DNA of 53,577 nucleotides from a virus (IMGVR_UViG_2541047877_000006), one strand, 5' to 3'; positions 26,382 to 36,187 are shown, counted from the stretch's first letter. Notes: generated by a model from the sequence alone, not told the origin. Numbers and translations: made by a program.

Positions 26382-26456
26382 ATGAACGCTATTGATATTA
26401 TGTTGATCGTGTGTACCGTTGCATTAGTTATTATTGGGGTGATTATCAATGTCTGA
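26382..26456 (+). CDS. micropeptide 6 of tandem array (24 aa, single TM)
   Basis: MNAIDIMLIVCTVALVIIGVIINV; AGGTGA SD. Confidence 0.45.
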   Translation: MNAIDIMLIVCTVALVIIGVIINV

Positions 26457-26517
26457 TGGTGATTTCTTAATCATGGCTATATGCACGCTGTTAACTGTTA
26501 TTGTTTTCTTCGCGTAA
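26449..26517 (+). CDS. micropeptide 7 of tandem array (22 aa, single TM)
   Basis: MSDGDFLIMAICTLLTVIVFFA; start overlaps ORF 6 stop (ATGTCTGA). Confidence 0.45.
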   Translation: MSDGDFLIMAICTLLTVIVFFA

Positions 26518-26526
26518 AGGTAAACA

Positions 26527-26610
26527 ATGAAAGAATTATTCGATTGGTTGGAAGTATTAACATACTGTGCAAGTTTTGTTGCTTGCGTATATATCATCAA
26601 TAAATATTGA
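26527..26610 (+). CDS. micropeptide 8 of tandem array (27 aa, single TM)
   Basis: MKELFDWLEVLTYCASFVACVYIINKY; AAAGG SD. Confidence 0.45.
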   Translation: MKELFDWLEVLTYCASFVACVYIINKY

Positions 26611-26620
26611 GAGGTGAATT

Positions 26621-27136
26621 ATGGCCCGCACTAAAAAGGCAAAAGCTGACGACAAAAAGCCAGCCGCAAAAAGGGTGGGCCGTCCGCATGGTTATACCGA
26701 AGAAAAGGCGTTAGAAATCTGTGAACTGGTGGCGGACGGTCAGAGCGTTAACAAAATTTCGAAGATGCCTGGTATGCCTACCCGTTCAACAATCCTGAAA
26801 TGGTTTAGAGACGTGCCGGAATTCTCGGACATGTACATGCGCGCGAAGGAAATCGGCTTCGAGGTATTAGCTGATGAGATCCTCGATATAGCTGATGATG
26901 CTAAGAACGTTGATAAAGACCAACTACGCCGCCACCAATTAATGATTGAAACGCGTAAATGGTTATTGGCTAAGCTACAACCGCGCAAATACGGCGAACG
27001 CGTCACACAGGAGATCGTCGGTAACAAGGAAGAAGCACCCGTCCAGGTAGAAGTAAATCAGACTACTGTCCTTGAGATAATCGATAACCTGAATAAGGAG
27101 TACAATACTCATGGAGACTGCGACGACAAAGATTGA
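26621..27136 (+). CDS. terminase small subunit
   Basis: 171 aa; N-terminal HTH (GRPHGYTEEKALEICELVADGQSVNKISK); GAGGTG SD; precedes large terminase. Confidence 0.75.
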   Translation: MARTKKAKADDKKPAAKRVGRPHGYTEEKALEICELVADGQSVNKISKMPGMPTRSTILKWFRDVPEFSDMYMRAKEIGFEVLADEILDIADDAKNVDKDQLRRHQLMIETRKWLLAKLQPRKYGERVTQEIVGNKEEAPVQVEVNQTTVLEIIDNLNKEYNTHGDCDDKD

Positions 27137-28625
27137 CAGAGAGGTTCTAAGGGGGTTGTGTGTTAAAGGTTGTGCTCCCAAAGACATATCAGCACCTTTG
27201 TTTTTTAGTTCCTACTTTTATAAGCAACAGGTTGGCAAGGACTTTTTGGTTGGGCGTCATCACAGAATAATTGCCGATACGCTACAACGAGTTATTAATG
27301 GTGAAATCACCAGGTTGATAATCAACATCCCACCGGGCTATGGCAAAACAATGATTGCCACAATTCACATGATGGCCCGCTGCCTCGCAATAGAACCCCG
27401 CACCAGATTCCTGCATGTATCGTATTCACACGGACTCGCCTTGCTTAATTCCTCAGAGACAAGAAACATAATCACGATGCCGCAATATCAGGAATTGTGG
27501 CCTATGCAAATGCGCAACGATTCGAACGCGAAAAACCTGTGGTGGACCACTCAGGGTGGCGGCGTGTATGCGACGTCATCGCTTGGACAGGTGACAGGGT
27601 TCCGCGCCGGGTACATGGAACCTGGGTTTAACGGCGCAATGATTATTGATGACCCCCTGAAACCAGCTGACGCTTATTCTGATGTGGTGCGAAAGCAGGT
27701 TAATACCAATTACAACGACACGCTTTCTTCGCGCCTGGCTGTGCAAACAACGCCAGTGATCGTCATCATGCAGCGTATCCACTACGATGATTTATCCGGC
27801 TACCTGTTACGTGGCGGTAGTGGTGAGAAATGGCATCACCTTTGCCTGCCAGTGAAGATCGACAACAGTCTTGACTATTGGGATCTGTACCCGGAAAACA
27901 AATTCGCTATTCCTGTTCCTCACAACCTGCCGGATGGCTGGCTATGGTTGCATAAGCATAGTGATAAAGATGAATCAACTCTTAAATCACATCGCCGAAC
28001 ATTCGAAGCTCAATATATGCAGTGTCCGCGCAAGTTCGATCAAGAGGGCGCATTGTGGACTGAAGCGATGATAACCGCCGCGCACATGATGCAGATAACG
28101 CAGGAGAAAATTCGCACGGTGATAGCCATCGACCCGGCGACAACATCATCTGATGAGTCAGACGAAACAGGGATTGTAGCCTGTTCCGCTTATGGTGGTG
28201 GCAAGAATGCTCAGTATTCAGTAGACGGTGACTACTCAGGCCGCATGTCACCTAATGACTGGGCGCAAGCAGCAATGAACGCCTACAACATCCATGAAGC
28301 TGACGCGATGGTTATCGAAACCAACCAGGGTGGTGATATGGCAGAGGCCACACTACGCAATGCAGGATTTAAGGGCCGCATTGTTAAGGTGCACGCAAGC
28401 AAGGGTAAATTTGCCCGCGCCGAACCAATATCTGCATTGTATGCACAGGGTAGGGTAGCCCACACTGGCAGCCTGTACACGCTGGAAAATCAAATGATGG
28501 AATATGTGCCAGCCACCGCTAAAAAATCCCCTGACCGTATGGATGCTATGGTATGGGGTATCACTGAACTAAGCCAGCCACAGGCGATGGGCCTCATGTT
28601 ACCTAAGCGCCTGCGAGGGTTTTAA
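27111..28625 (+). CDS. terminase large subunit
   Basis: 504 aa; ATPase Walker A PPGYGKT; C-terminal nuclease-like region; overlaps small-subunit end. Confidence 0.85.
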   Translation: METATTKIDREVLRGLCVKGCAPKDISAPLFFSSYFYKQQVGKDFLVGRHHRIIADTLQRVINGEITRLIINIPPGYGKTMIATIHMMARCLAIEPRTRFLHVSYSHGLALLNSSETRNIITMPQYQELWPMQMRNDSNAKNLWWTTQGGGVYATSSLGQVTGFRAGYMEPGFNGAMIIDDPLKPADAYSDVVRKQVNTNYNDTLSSRLAVQTTPVIVIMQRIHYDDLSGYLLRGGSGEKWHHLCLPVKIDNSLDYWDLYPENKFAIPVPHNLPDGWLWLHKHSDKDESTLKSHRRTFEAQYMQCPRKFDQEGALWTEAMITAAHMMQITQEKIRTVIAIDPATTSSDESDETGIVACSAYGGGKNAQYSVDGDYSGRMSPNDWAQAAMNAYNIHEADAMVIETNQGGDMAEATLRNAGFKGRIVKVHASKGKFARAEPISALYAQGRVAHTGSLYTLENQMMEYVPATAKKSPDRMDAMVWGITELSQPQAMGLMLPKRLRGF

Positions 28626-28643
28626 GTTATTGATTATTATCAA

Positions 28644-28662
28644 CTTCGAAAAATTTTCGAAG
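28644..28662. promoter_or_regulatory. perfect 19-bp palindrome between terminase and portal
   Basis: CTTCGAAAAATTTTCGAAG reads the same on both strands. Confidence 0.5.
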
Positions 28663-28726
28663 ATGAACAATAATAATTCTCAATTAGCTACACAAAATCT
28701 GCCTCACAATCCCTCACGAATTTTTC

Positions 28727-28751
28727 TATTTTTCGCGTAGCAACGCGTAAA
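28727..28751 (+). repeat. 25-bp conserved element copy A
   Basis: TATTTTTCGCGTAGCAACGCGTAAA; 23/25 identical to 41018-41042. Confidence 0.5.
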
Positions 28752-28773
28752 CATGTATTCAGGAGTAAACATT

Positions 28774-30144
28774 ATGCCATCCAATTTAGAATTGGCGGTT
28801 AATGCTGCCTTGTCTCAACGCCAGGCGGCCTTTGCCCGCTATGCAGCGGCACATCCGTTCACTATGGGGATAGATGCCAAACGTGATGCTGCGTGGAGTG
28901 AATACGGATTTAAAGAAGAGATCACGTATCACGATCTATACAAACTGTACAGACGCGGCGGCATCGCTCACGGTGCTGTAGAAAAGATTGTTACTACTTG
29001 CTGGCGCACCAAGCCAAAGATGATTGAAGGAACTGAAGACGAGAAAGCGAAAAAGGAAACACCGTGGGAAAGAGAAATCAAGAAGAAATTTAACAACAGA
29101 TTTTGGCGCACTGTTGCTGAATGTGATCGCCGCCGCCTCATTGGTCGTTACTCTGGTCTGTTAATTCATATCAGAGATAACAAGCCGTGGGATCAGCCAG
29201 TGACAAAAGGCGTAGGCATTGCAAAATTTACCCCTGTGTGGGCTGGCGCTCTTACACCGAAGGACTTCGAAGAAAACCCGGATAATGAAAACTATGGCCT
29301 GCCAACGTGGTGGGAATACAAAGAACGCATTAACAGTAAGACCATTGCCAGAAAGATCCACCCTGACCGCATATTCATCTTTGGCGACTATTCTGATGAT
29401 GTCATCGCTTTCCTTGAACCTTCCTACAACGCATTCGTATCACTGGAAAAAGTGGAAGGCGGTAGTGGTGAATCATTCCTGAAAAACGCAGCGCGTCAGC
29501 TTGCCATTTCGTTCGATAAAGAGATTGACTTCCGTTCCCTGGCTGCAACATACGATTGCGACGTTACAGAGTTACGCGAAAGATTCAATGAGGCTACGGC
29601 TGAAATGAATAAGGGTAATGACGTAATGATGGCGTTACAGGGTGCGACAGTAAGCCCGCTGGTTACTGCCGTATCTGACCCGTCATCAACCTATGACGTA
29701 AACCTGCAAACCGCCGCCGCTGGTGTTGATATTCCAACCCGCATCTTGGTTGGGAACCAGCAGGGAGAACGCGCATCAACCGAAGACCTGCGTTACTTCA
29801 ACAGCCGCTGCATGACCCGCAGGGAGGAAATCGGTGGCGAGATTGAAGATCTGTTTCGCAAGATGGCAGATCTACGCCTTATCAGTATGCCAGTAGATGT
29901 ATCAGTGCTATGGGACGACCTTAACGCCATGACCAAAGCAGAGCTACTGGAAGCCGCAGACAAGATGGCGCAAATCAATCAGGCTTGTTTGGCTACTGGT
30001 GAAGAAATATTTAGCGGCGATGAGATCCGCGAGGCTGCCGGATACGATGGCCCAGCCAGTGAAGTAGAAACGGAAGAGGATGACGATGATGAAGGTGAAG
30101 AAAATAATCAGGCGAATACCTCCAGCCGCGATAATGCCATCTAA
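28774..30144 (+). CDS. portal protein
   Basis: 456 aa from ATG 28774 (AGGAG SD); position after large terminase; acidic C-terminus. Confidence 0.65.
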   Translation: MPSNLELAVNAALSQRQAAFARYAAAHPFTMGIDAKRDAAWSEYGFKEEITYHDLYKLYRRGGIAHGAVEKIVTTCWRTKPKMIEGTEDEKAKKETPWEREIKKKFNNRFWRTVAECDRRRLIGRYSGLLIHIRDNKPWDQPVTKGVGIAKFTPVWAGALTPKDFEENPDNENYGLPTWWEYKERINSKTIARKIHPDRIFIFGDYSDDVIAFLEPSYNAFVSLEKVEGGSGESFLKNAARQLAISFDKEIDFRSLAATYDCDVTELRERFNEATAEMNKGNDVMMALQGATVSPLVTAVSDPSSTYDVNLQTAAAGVDIPTRILVGNQQGERASTEDLRYFNSRCMTRREEIGGEIEDLFRKMADLRLISMPVDVSVLWDDLNAMTKAELLEAADKMAQINQACLATGEEIFSGDEIREAAGYDGPASEVETEEDDDDEGEENNQANTSSRDNAI

Positions 30145-30160
30145 CACCGAAGACCCGACC

Positions 30161-31030
30161 ATGACAGGGAAGTTAAGGTCGGGAGCTATTAAGCGTTTTA
30201 AAGCCTGCCTGAAGAAAGTTGCGGATCCGTATATCGCCATATTGGACAGAATCCAATATAGCCTGGCTGTTAATAAGAAATACACCTTTCAGATTTACAT
30301 GGATGAATTTCACGACATGCTGGAGGACGCAAGCGACATGATTGATGAGATATTCGAGTTAACAGACCCGGAAAACTTCTGGTTCTGGCAGAATTACGTG
30401 AAGGTGGCCTATCAGCGCGGCACGGCACAGGAATATGCCAACCTCGCTAACCAGTCTGTCACGTACTCAAGCGTTTATCCCGATGTATCTGCCGTACTAT
30501 CAAGCACAACCTACCGCACGCGCCTTGCCCTGGTCCGTACCCGTGTATTTGAGGAAATGCGCGGGCTGACAGCACAGATCAAAAAGGATATGGCCCGCCG
30601 ACTAACTGAAGGCATGGCCCGTGGTTTAAACCCACTGGAAATAGCGCGCACATTGAATCAGGAGACGCAATTACCGCTATACAGGTGTAAACGTATTGCT
30701 CGAACTGAAATATGCACAGCGTTACGCACAGCGCGTATGGATGAGGCAGAAGCGGCGACAGAAGAATTTAATCTGCGCACTATGCAAATGCACATTTCGG
30801 CATTATCACCGACTACCAGGCTATCGCACGCGCAGCGGCACGGTAAAACATACACCATAGATGAGCAGCGCGAATGGTGGAGTAGATCCCCTAATTCAAT
30901 TAACTGCAAATGTAGCACGATTACCGTATTAGTTGACGAAGACGGTAACATATTAAACGAACGAATATTAGATCGGGCGCAAGAAAACTATAAAGTTGCG
31001 CACGCTAAATATGGCGAAGATTGGGAGTAA
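30161..31030 (+). CDS. head morphogenesis protein (Mu F / SPP1 gp7-like)
   Basis: 289 aa; LNPLEIARTLNQ...RCKRIARTEICTALRTARMDEA typical of Mu-F-like minor capsid proteins. Confidence 0.55.
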   Translation: MTGKLRSGAIKRFKACLKKVADPYIAILDRIQYSLAVNKKYTFQIYMDEFHDMLEDASDMIDEIFELTDPENFWFWQNYVKVAYQRGTAQEYANLANQSVTYSSVYPDVSAVLSSTTYRTRLALVRTRVFEEMRGLTAQIKKDMARRLTEGMARGLNPLEIARTLNQETQLPLYRCKRIARTEICTALRTARMDEAEAATEEFNLRTMQMHISALSPTTRLSHAQRHGKTYTIDEQREWWSRSPNSINCKCSTITVLVDEDGNILNERILDRAQENYKVAHAKYGEDWE

Positions 31031-31035
31031 AAACC

Positions 31036-32307
31036 GTGAGTAAAGAACTGATTCAGGTTAATACCAAATTAACCGCTAATACCATACGCCGGGAAACTTA
31101 TAACGGACGCGAGCACATTGTTGTGCCATCATATACGCTGCCATTCAATATCGTTATGAATCGTGAATATTACCCGGAAGCTGAAATTATCGCTAATTAC
31201 CAGTCACTGGAGGGTACGCTTGCCCCGCTGGGCCATCCTACCGTTGACGGTAAATTTGTTTCAGCATTTAGCCCGGAAGGATTAAACACGGGTTTTTGTG
31301 GTGCGTGGAACAGAAACGTTGAGTTACGCGGCAACCGTGTTTATGTGGAAAAATGGGTGGATGTGGAAACCGCCAGCCATTCAAGCCAGGGCCGCGAATT
31401 ATTAGCCCGACTGGAAGCACTGGAGAAAGGAGAAAGCAAAGATCCTATCTGGTCGTCCGTCGCTGTATATCGCCAGCGTATGCCAGCCACCGAAAAAATG
31501 AAAGCCCAGGGTGCTGACCATGTAGTGAAAATCATGTCGATCGACCATGACGCTATCTTGCTGCATGAGCCGCCAGCCGCTTCGCCGGAACAGGGCGTAG
31601 GCTTAATGGTTAATACCGACCAGGCGAAGCCGTTAATGGCGGTGGCAATGAAAGAAAATAGCTATCGCACACTTGAAAAACAGTTAACCGCTGCCGCGCG
31701 GGAAATGTTCCCTGACGCTGATTACGTATACGTGGTGGACTTCACTGATAGAGAGGTGACGATCGCCACTAATGAAAACTGTGCGGAAAGATACAACTAC
31801 GAAAAACAGGCTGATAAAATTATTCTCAATAATGGCGAGCTTGCAACCAACGAGGAAAGTAAATCATGGTTTGCTCAGTTCGCTGAACACCTTTCTAATC
31901 TTTTCTCCCTGAATGAAAAAATTAAGGCCAATAAATCGGAGGACGATCCCATGCCTTTGACCAAAGAAGAACGCGCCGAACTGGTAAAAGAAATTAACGA
32001 AGGCTTATCCGCCAATATCGCTAATGCAGTAGCAGAGGCATTAAAACCAGTACAGGCAAGCGTTGAAGAATTACAGACCAATCAGAAAGCGATTAAAGAA
32101 GAGATCGCAGCAAACGCAAATAAAGAAGAAGCAGAAAAACGCGCCGCAGTAGCAAAAGTACACGGCGAAATTGTTGCTAACGCATTAAGTGGTGAAGCGT
32201 TAGACGCAATGTTTAAATCCCTGGGTAAAGCAGCACCAATGGCAGCAAACTCAGCCGCTGGTGGAAATAAACCTGCCACCCCTGACATTAACAACTATTT
32301 CGCATAA
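31036..32307 (+). CDS. putative scaffolding / prohead protease-like protein
   Basis: GTG start with GGGAG SD; Ala/Glu/Lys-rich C-terminus; between head morphogenesis and capsid genes. Confidence 0.4.
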   Translation: MSKELIQVNTKLTANTIRRETYNGREHIVVPSYTLPFNIVMNREYYPEAEIIANYQSLEGTLAPLGHPTVDGKFVSAFSPEGLNTGFCGAWNRNVELRGNRVYVEKWVDVETASHSSQGRELLARLEALEKGESKDPIWSSVAVYRQRMPATEKMKAQGADHVVKIMSIDHDAILLHEPPAASPEQGVGLMVNTDQAKPLMAVAMKENSYRTLEKQLTAAAREMFPDADYVYVVDFTDREVTIATNENCAERYNYEKQADKIILNNGELATNEESKSWFAQFAEHLSNLFSLNEKIKANKSEDDPMPLTKEERAELVKEINEGLSANIANAVAEALKPVQASVEELQTNQKAIKEEIAANANKEEAEKRAAVAKVHGEIVANALSGEALDAMFKSLGKAAPMAANSAAGGNKPATPDINNYFA

Positions 32308-32317
32308 GAGGTGAATT

Positions 32318-32719
32318 ATGGCCCGTTTTCGTCGTGTAAATATTGACGGCAAATCCGTTACTGAAACAGCAGTATCTGCCGCAGCACTTAAGCCGGGTAC
32401 TCCGGTAAAAATGGCGTCTGGTAAATTCGCTGCCGCAACTGATACCACAGGACGTATTTATGTTGTTAACCCGGCATACCATGAAGGTTTAGGCATTGAA
32501 GATGCGATCCCGGTTGGTCATTCCGTGGTTGCTGACTACGCAGAAGAAGGACGTGAATTTGCGATTCTGCTTCCTGAAGGTGCTTACACCAAAGACGCTG
32601 CCATCACCATTGGTGAAGGTGGCTTTAAATTGGTTACATCTGATGAACCTGTTTTCGCTTTCTGCCAGGAAACTGTAACCCTTGAAGCGGCTGATTTTGT
32701 ACGTGTCCGCGTTGCATAA
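32318..32719 (+). CDS. putative head decoration/structural protein
   Basis: 133 aa; GAGGTG SD; immediately upstream of major capsid gene. Confidence 0.4.
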   Translation: MARFRRVNIDGKSVTETAVSAAALKPGTPVKMASGKFAAATDTTGRIYVVNPAYHEGLGIEDAIPVGHSVVADYAEEGREFAILLPEGAYTKDAAITIGEGGFKLVTSDEPVFAFCQETVTLEAADFVRVRVA

Positions 32720-32738
32720 TAATAAGAGGTGAAAAACT

Positions 32739-33791
32739 ATGTTGTTTAATAAACACAACCTTGCTACCAACAGCCGCATTCGTGCCCAGTGGGATCACCT
32801 TTGGGCGCAGCGCAACATGTTCAATGATCAGGACGGCGCTCTTATTGCCGCAAATATGGCAAACATGACCGCTGACATCCTGGCATGTAATGCCGTTGGC
32901 GGCTTCGATCAGGAGTTCTGGAAAGCTGTCGATAACCAGATTATCGAAATGAGCACCGAAGAGACTGGTATTGAAATCGTAAACGATTTGATGGCTGTGC
33001 AAACCGTATTGCCAATCGGTAAAACCGAGAAAATGTACAGCGTATCCGGTGATATTAACGATGAAGTTGTCGTTAGTATCGATGGTCAAGCCCCGCATGG
33101 CTTCGATCACACTGAATATGGCAGCGATGGCGACCCGATCCCGATGTTCGCAGCGGGTTACGGTGTCAGCTGGCGTCATTCCGAAGGTCTGAAAACTGTT
33201 GGTATTGACCTTGCACTGGATAGCCAGCGCCTGAAACTGCAAAAATTCAACAAGGCCCGCGTTGATTATTACCTTAACGGTAACGCAAAAATCAACGTCA
33301 ACGGTAAACCTGGCCAGGGTATTAAAAATCACCGCAATACCCAGCAACTAGTCATGACCTCCGAAGATCTCACCACTGACGGATTCGATGCTCTCATCAA
33401 ATTCTTCACCACTGGTGCATTCGGTGTTATGGCCCGCAACAACCGCGTTGACCAGTATGATCTCATGTGGGTGTCACCTGAAATTATGGCTAACCTGGCA
33501 GCGCCGCACATTGCAAACGGGACTGTCGTAGGCAGTGTTCTGAATATCGTTAAACCGTTCATTCCGGTTAAAGAAATCCGTCAGACCTATGCACTGAAAG
33601 GCAACGAGTTCATTGCCTATCAACGCCGCCGCAACGTCATTACCCCGCTGGTTGGTATGACTACTGGCGTAGTGCCTCTGCCGCGCACCATGCCTACCGA
33701 TAACTACAACTTCAAAATCATGTCTGCCGAAGGCTTACAAATCACCTGCGACATGCTGGGCCGTTCCGGTGTTGTTTACGGTCACAAATAA
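32739..33791 (+). CDS. major capsid protein
   Basis: 350 aa; strong SD AAGAGGTGA; followed by strong terminator; position in head module. Confidence 0.65.
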   Translation: MLFNKHNLATNSRIRAQWDHLWAQRNMFNDQDGALIAANMANMTADILACNAVGGFDQEFWKAVDNQIIEMSTEETGIEIVNDLMAVQTVLPIGKTEKMYSVSGDINDEVVVSIDGQAPHGFDHTEYGSDGDPIPMFAAGYGVSWRHSEGLKTVGIDLALDSQRLKLQKFNKARVDYYLNGNAKINVNGKPGQGIKNHRNTQQLVMTSEDLTTDGFDALIKFFTTGAFGVMARNNRVDQYDLMWVSPEIMANLAAPHIANGTVVGSVLNIVKPFIPVKEIRQTYALKGNEFIAYQRRRNVITPLVGMTTGVVPLPRTMPTDNYNFKIMSAEGLQITCDMLGRSGVVYGHK

Positions 33792-33810
33792 TTTCGTATT
33801 TCCTGTAACT

Positions 33811-33838
33811 CCCCGGCGCGATGCCGGGGATTTTTTTT
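33811..33838 (+). terminator. rho-independent terminator after capsid gene
   Basis: CCCCGGC gcgat GCCGGGG hairpin followed by TTTTTTTT. Confidence 0.7.
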
Positions 33839-33856
33839 GTATGTGGAGCAAACAAA

Positions 33857-34243
33857 ATGGTCACTACAGAACAGGCGCGGGAATATCTTGAAAGCCAGGG
33901 TATTGACCTGCCAGACATTATCTTATCTTTGCTGGTGGAGCAGGCAAATAGCGTTAATGAATGCCTTGATGCCAACTATCCGGCCTCCACTGCAACATTG
34001 ATTCAGCTTTATCTGATTGGCCTGTTAGGACTAAGCCAGGCTGATAAATACGTTTCCTCGCAGACTGGGCCGAACGGTGCGAGTCAGTCATACCGCTATG
34101 TCGATTTCAACAAACGATGGAAGGCGGCCTATTCGTTGCTTTACTCCATTGATAAACATCACTGTACAGCCGAACTGATTCCAGCAGATCCAGAAAACAC
34201 CGCGCACGCAGGGCTTTGGATAGGTAAAAGTGGGAGGATGTAA
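33857..34243 (+). CDS. head-tail connector / DNA-packaging protein
   Basis: 128 aa from ATG 33857; position in head-tail joining block. Confidence 0.45.
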   Translation: MVTTEQAREYLESQGIDLPDIILSLLVEQANSVNECLDANYPASTATLIQLYLIGLLGLSQADKYVSSQTGPNGASQSYRYVDFNKRWKAAYSLLYSIDKHHCTAELIPADPENTAHAGLWIGKSGRM

Positions 34244-34245
34244 CA

Positions 34246-34431
34246 ATGTGGAACGACCTGACATTACCGGATCCGTTATTGCCGAAACTGTTTACCCGCG
34301 TATGGGTGAAGACAGACACCGGGCGACAGGTAGCCGCCTACCTCAATGATGCTGGCGAATGGGTAATTCTTTGCCCGCGCGTGGCGAAAACCCATCCGAA
34401 AATTGTTAAATGGAGCTATGGCTATGAGTAA
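34246..34431 (+). CDS. hypothetical protein (61 aa)
   Basis: ORF in head-tail joining block. Confidence 0.4.
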   Translation: MWNDLTLPDPLLPKLFTRVWVKTDTGRQVAAYLNDAGEWVILCPRVAKTHPKIVKWSYGYE

Positions 34432-34792
34432 GATCGCGAGATTCAGTTACAAGGCATTAGCCACCATTTACCCCGTAACGCGTGACGACTGGACAAACTC
34501 CGACGTATACGGTGCGCCATACCTGGTAGATTGTGCATGGGAGCGTACTGACGGAACCGCAACAGACGCAAACGGGAATGAGGTTAGCAACACGATAACC
34601 GTATATACCGAACTGCTTCACAAGATGCAGCCAGTGCAGCTCCCTGAAAAAGGATGGATGCTTGCCACTGGTGACACTACTGCTATTTCCGACCCGCTGG
34701 CGGCTGGGGCCAACGTTATTACCGGGATCGTTGAATGGGATATGAGCATGTTTAACGACACGCCGGATTATAAGATCGTGACAGGGGGTTAA
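34418..34792 (+). CDS. head-tail joining protein
   Basis: About 124 aa; start ambiguous (34418 or 34424). Confidence 0.4.
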   Translation: MAMSKIARFSYKALATIYPVTRDDWTNSDVYGAPYLVDCAWERTDGTATDANGNEVSNTITVYTELLHKMQPVQLPEKGWMLATGDTTAISDPLAAGANVITGIVEWDMSMFNDTPDYKIVTGG

Positions 34793-34794
34793 TC

Positions 34795-35259
34795 ATGCCT
34801 ATCAAGGGGGTTAAACGCGTCCGTGAGAGATTAAAGCAGGAACTAAAGGAAATCACCGATAAAAAGACGCACGAAGTTTTATGGCGCGTCGGTATGCTGG
34901 CTGGTGGCTTCGCGGCTAATATGACACCAGTCGATACGGGCTTCTTAATTAACAGTCAGTTCCAGTACATAGGGAACACGGCGGACGGTATGCAATTACG
35001 CCTGGGATATACGGCCCGCTACGCTGAATGGGTGCACAATATGCCGGGTACATTAAAAGGCCAGCCGCGCGAAGATTTCGGCAAAACGAATAACCTTTCA
35101 GATTTCGGACCGAAACAGGTAATTAGTTTTGGTGGTGGTACTGGAAAGGGTAATTATTGGGATCCAAATGCGGAGCCTGGATTCTTGCGTAAGGCATTCG
35201 AAGATCCTAACCACGCCGATGATATTTATAAAGAAATTGTAGAAGGTTACAAAGTATGA
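34795..35259 (+). CDS. tail completion / HK97 gp10-like protein
   Basis: 154 aa; position and size typical of neck proteins. Confidence 0.45.
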   Translation: MPIKGVKRVRERLKQELKEITDKKTHEVLWRVGMLAGGFAANMTPVDTGFLINSQFQYIGNTADGMQLRLGYTARYAEWVHNMPGTLKGQPREDFGKTNNLSDFGPKQVISFGGGTGKGNYWDPNAEPGFLRKAFEDPNHADDIYKEIVEGYKV

Positions 35260-35642
35260 AACGCAGCGAAGTTTACGACGAAATAAGGGATTGGATTCAA
35301 TCCCACGGATACGATGAAGGCTATATTTTGCAGGCCCGTTTCTGGAATGAGCGAAGTAATTCGAATAATGACAGATACATCGTGATCCAGCAAAACGGCG
35401 GCGCGGCTGGTGAGGAAGCAATAACCCGTGATTATTTCCGCATCCTGGTTATTTCAGCGCGTAATGATGCAAATATCAGTGAGGTGGAAGACCTTGCCGA
35501 TACCATCCGTCAAAGTATGTTAACAGAATATAAAACTGATAAAATTACACACATGAAGCCAGTTGGCGCTATTCCTGCAATACAGACAAGAGAAGGGCGC
35601 TTTATTTTTACCGTAGCCTTTCAAACCATCATATCAAGATAA
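35256..35642 (+). CDS. tail terminator / neck protein
   Basis: 128 aa; 4-nt overlap with upstream gene; precedes major tail protein. Confidence 0.4.
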   Translation: MKRSEVYDEIRDWIQSHGYDEGYILQARFWNERSNSNNDRYIVIQQNGGAAGEEAITRDYFRILVISARNDANISEVEDLADTIRQSMLTEYKTDKITHMKPVGAIPAIQTREGRFIFTVAFQTIISR

Positions 35643-35655
35643 GAGGTAAATTAAC

Positions 35656-36132
35656 ATGTCTCAGACTTGCGAAAAAGGCACGTTTACAGGCCGTGACGTT
35701 GCTGTATTCTTCGCTATCGCTTGTCCAAATGCGAAGCCGGAAGCTGAAGCGTACAAAGCGTTAGGCATGATGCGTGGTAAAACACTTTCCGTTGAATGGG
35801 AAACCGCTGACGCCACCGCCGATAAATCAGCCGATTACACGAAAGAATCAATGGTTACTTACAAATCCGTTTCTTTCTCCGGCGACGGTGTGTCCCGCAC
35901 TGAAGAAATCCATAATCAGAAAGCGCTGAAACGCCACGTAATTACGCCAGGTGAAACCACCGGATCACAACCTTATGTATGGCTGAAGATCGTTTCTCCT
36001 GTAGACGTAACTGAAGGCCCATTCCTTTGCACTTCCTTTAAAGAAGAAGATCCGCATGATGATGTTTCCACCTGGTCTATTGAGTGCGAAAGCGCTGGCA
36101 AGGTAACGGTAGGCGACGTTCCGCCAGCATAA
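35656..36132 (+). CDS. major tail (tube) protein
   Basis: 158 aa; strong SD AAGAGGTAA; followed by terminator. Confidence 0.65.
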   Translation: MSQTCEKGTFTGRDVAVFFAIACPNAKPEAEAYKALGMMRGKTLSVEWETADATADKSADYTKESMVTYKSVSFSGDGVSRTEEIHNQKALKRHVITPGETTGSQPYVWLKIVSPVDVTEGPFLCTSFKEEDPHDDVSTWSIECESAGKVTVGDVPPA

Positions 36133-36150
36133 CAGCCAATATTAACAATC

Positions 36151-36175
36151 GGGGCCATTTGGCCCCTTTTCTTTT
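36151..36175 (+). terminator. rho-independent terminator after major tail gene
   Basis: GGGGCC attt GGCCCC hairpin followed by TTTTCTTTT. Confidence 0.65.
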
Positions 36176-36187
36176 AAGGTGAATACT

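Noticed and set aside
32634-33347. 237-aa minus-strand ORF antisense to the major capsid gene
   Set aside because: Lies entirely within a strongly supported late structural gene; no promoter or SD; typical antisense artefact.
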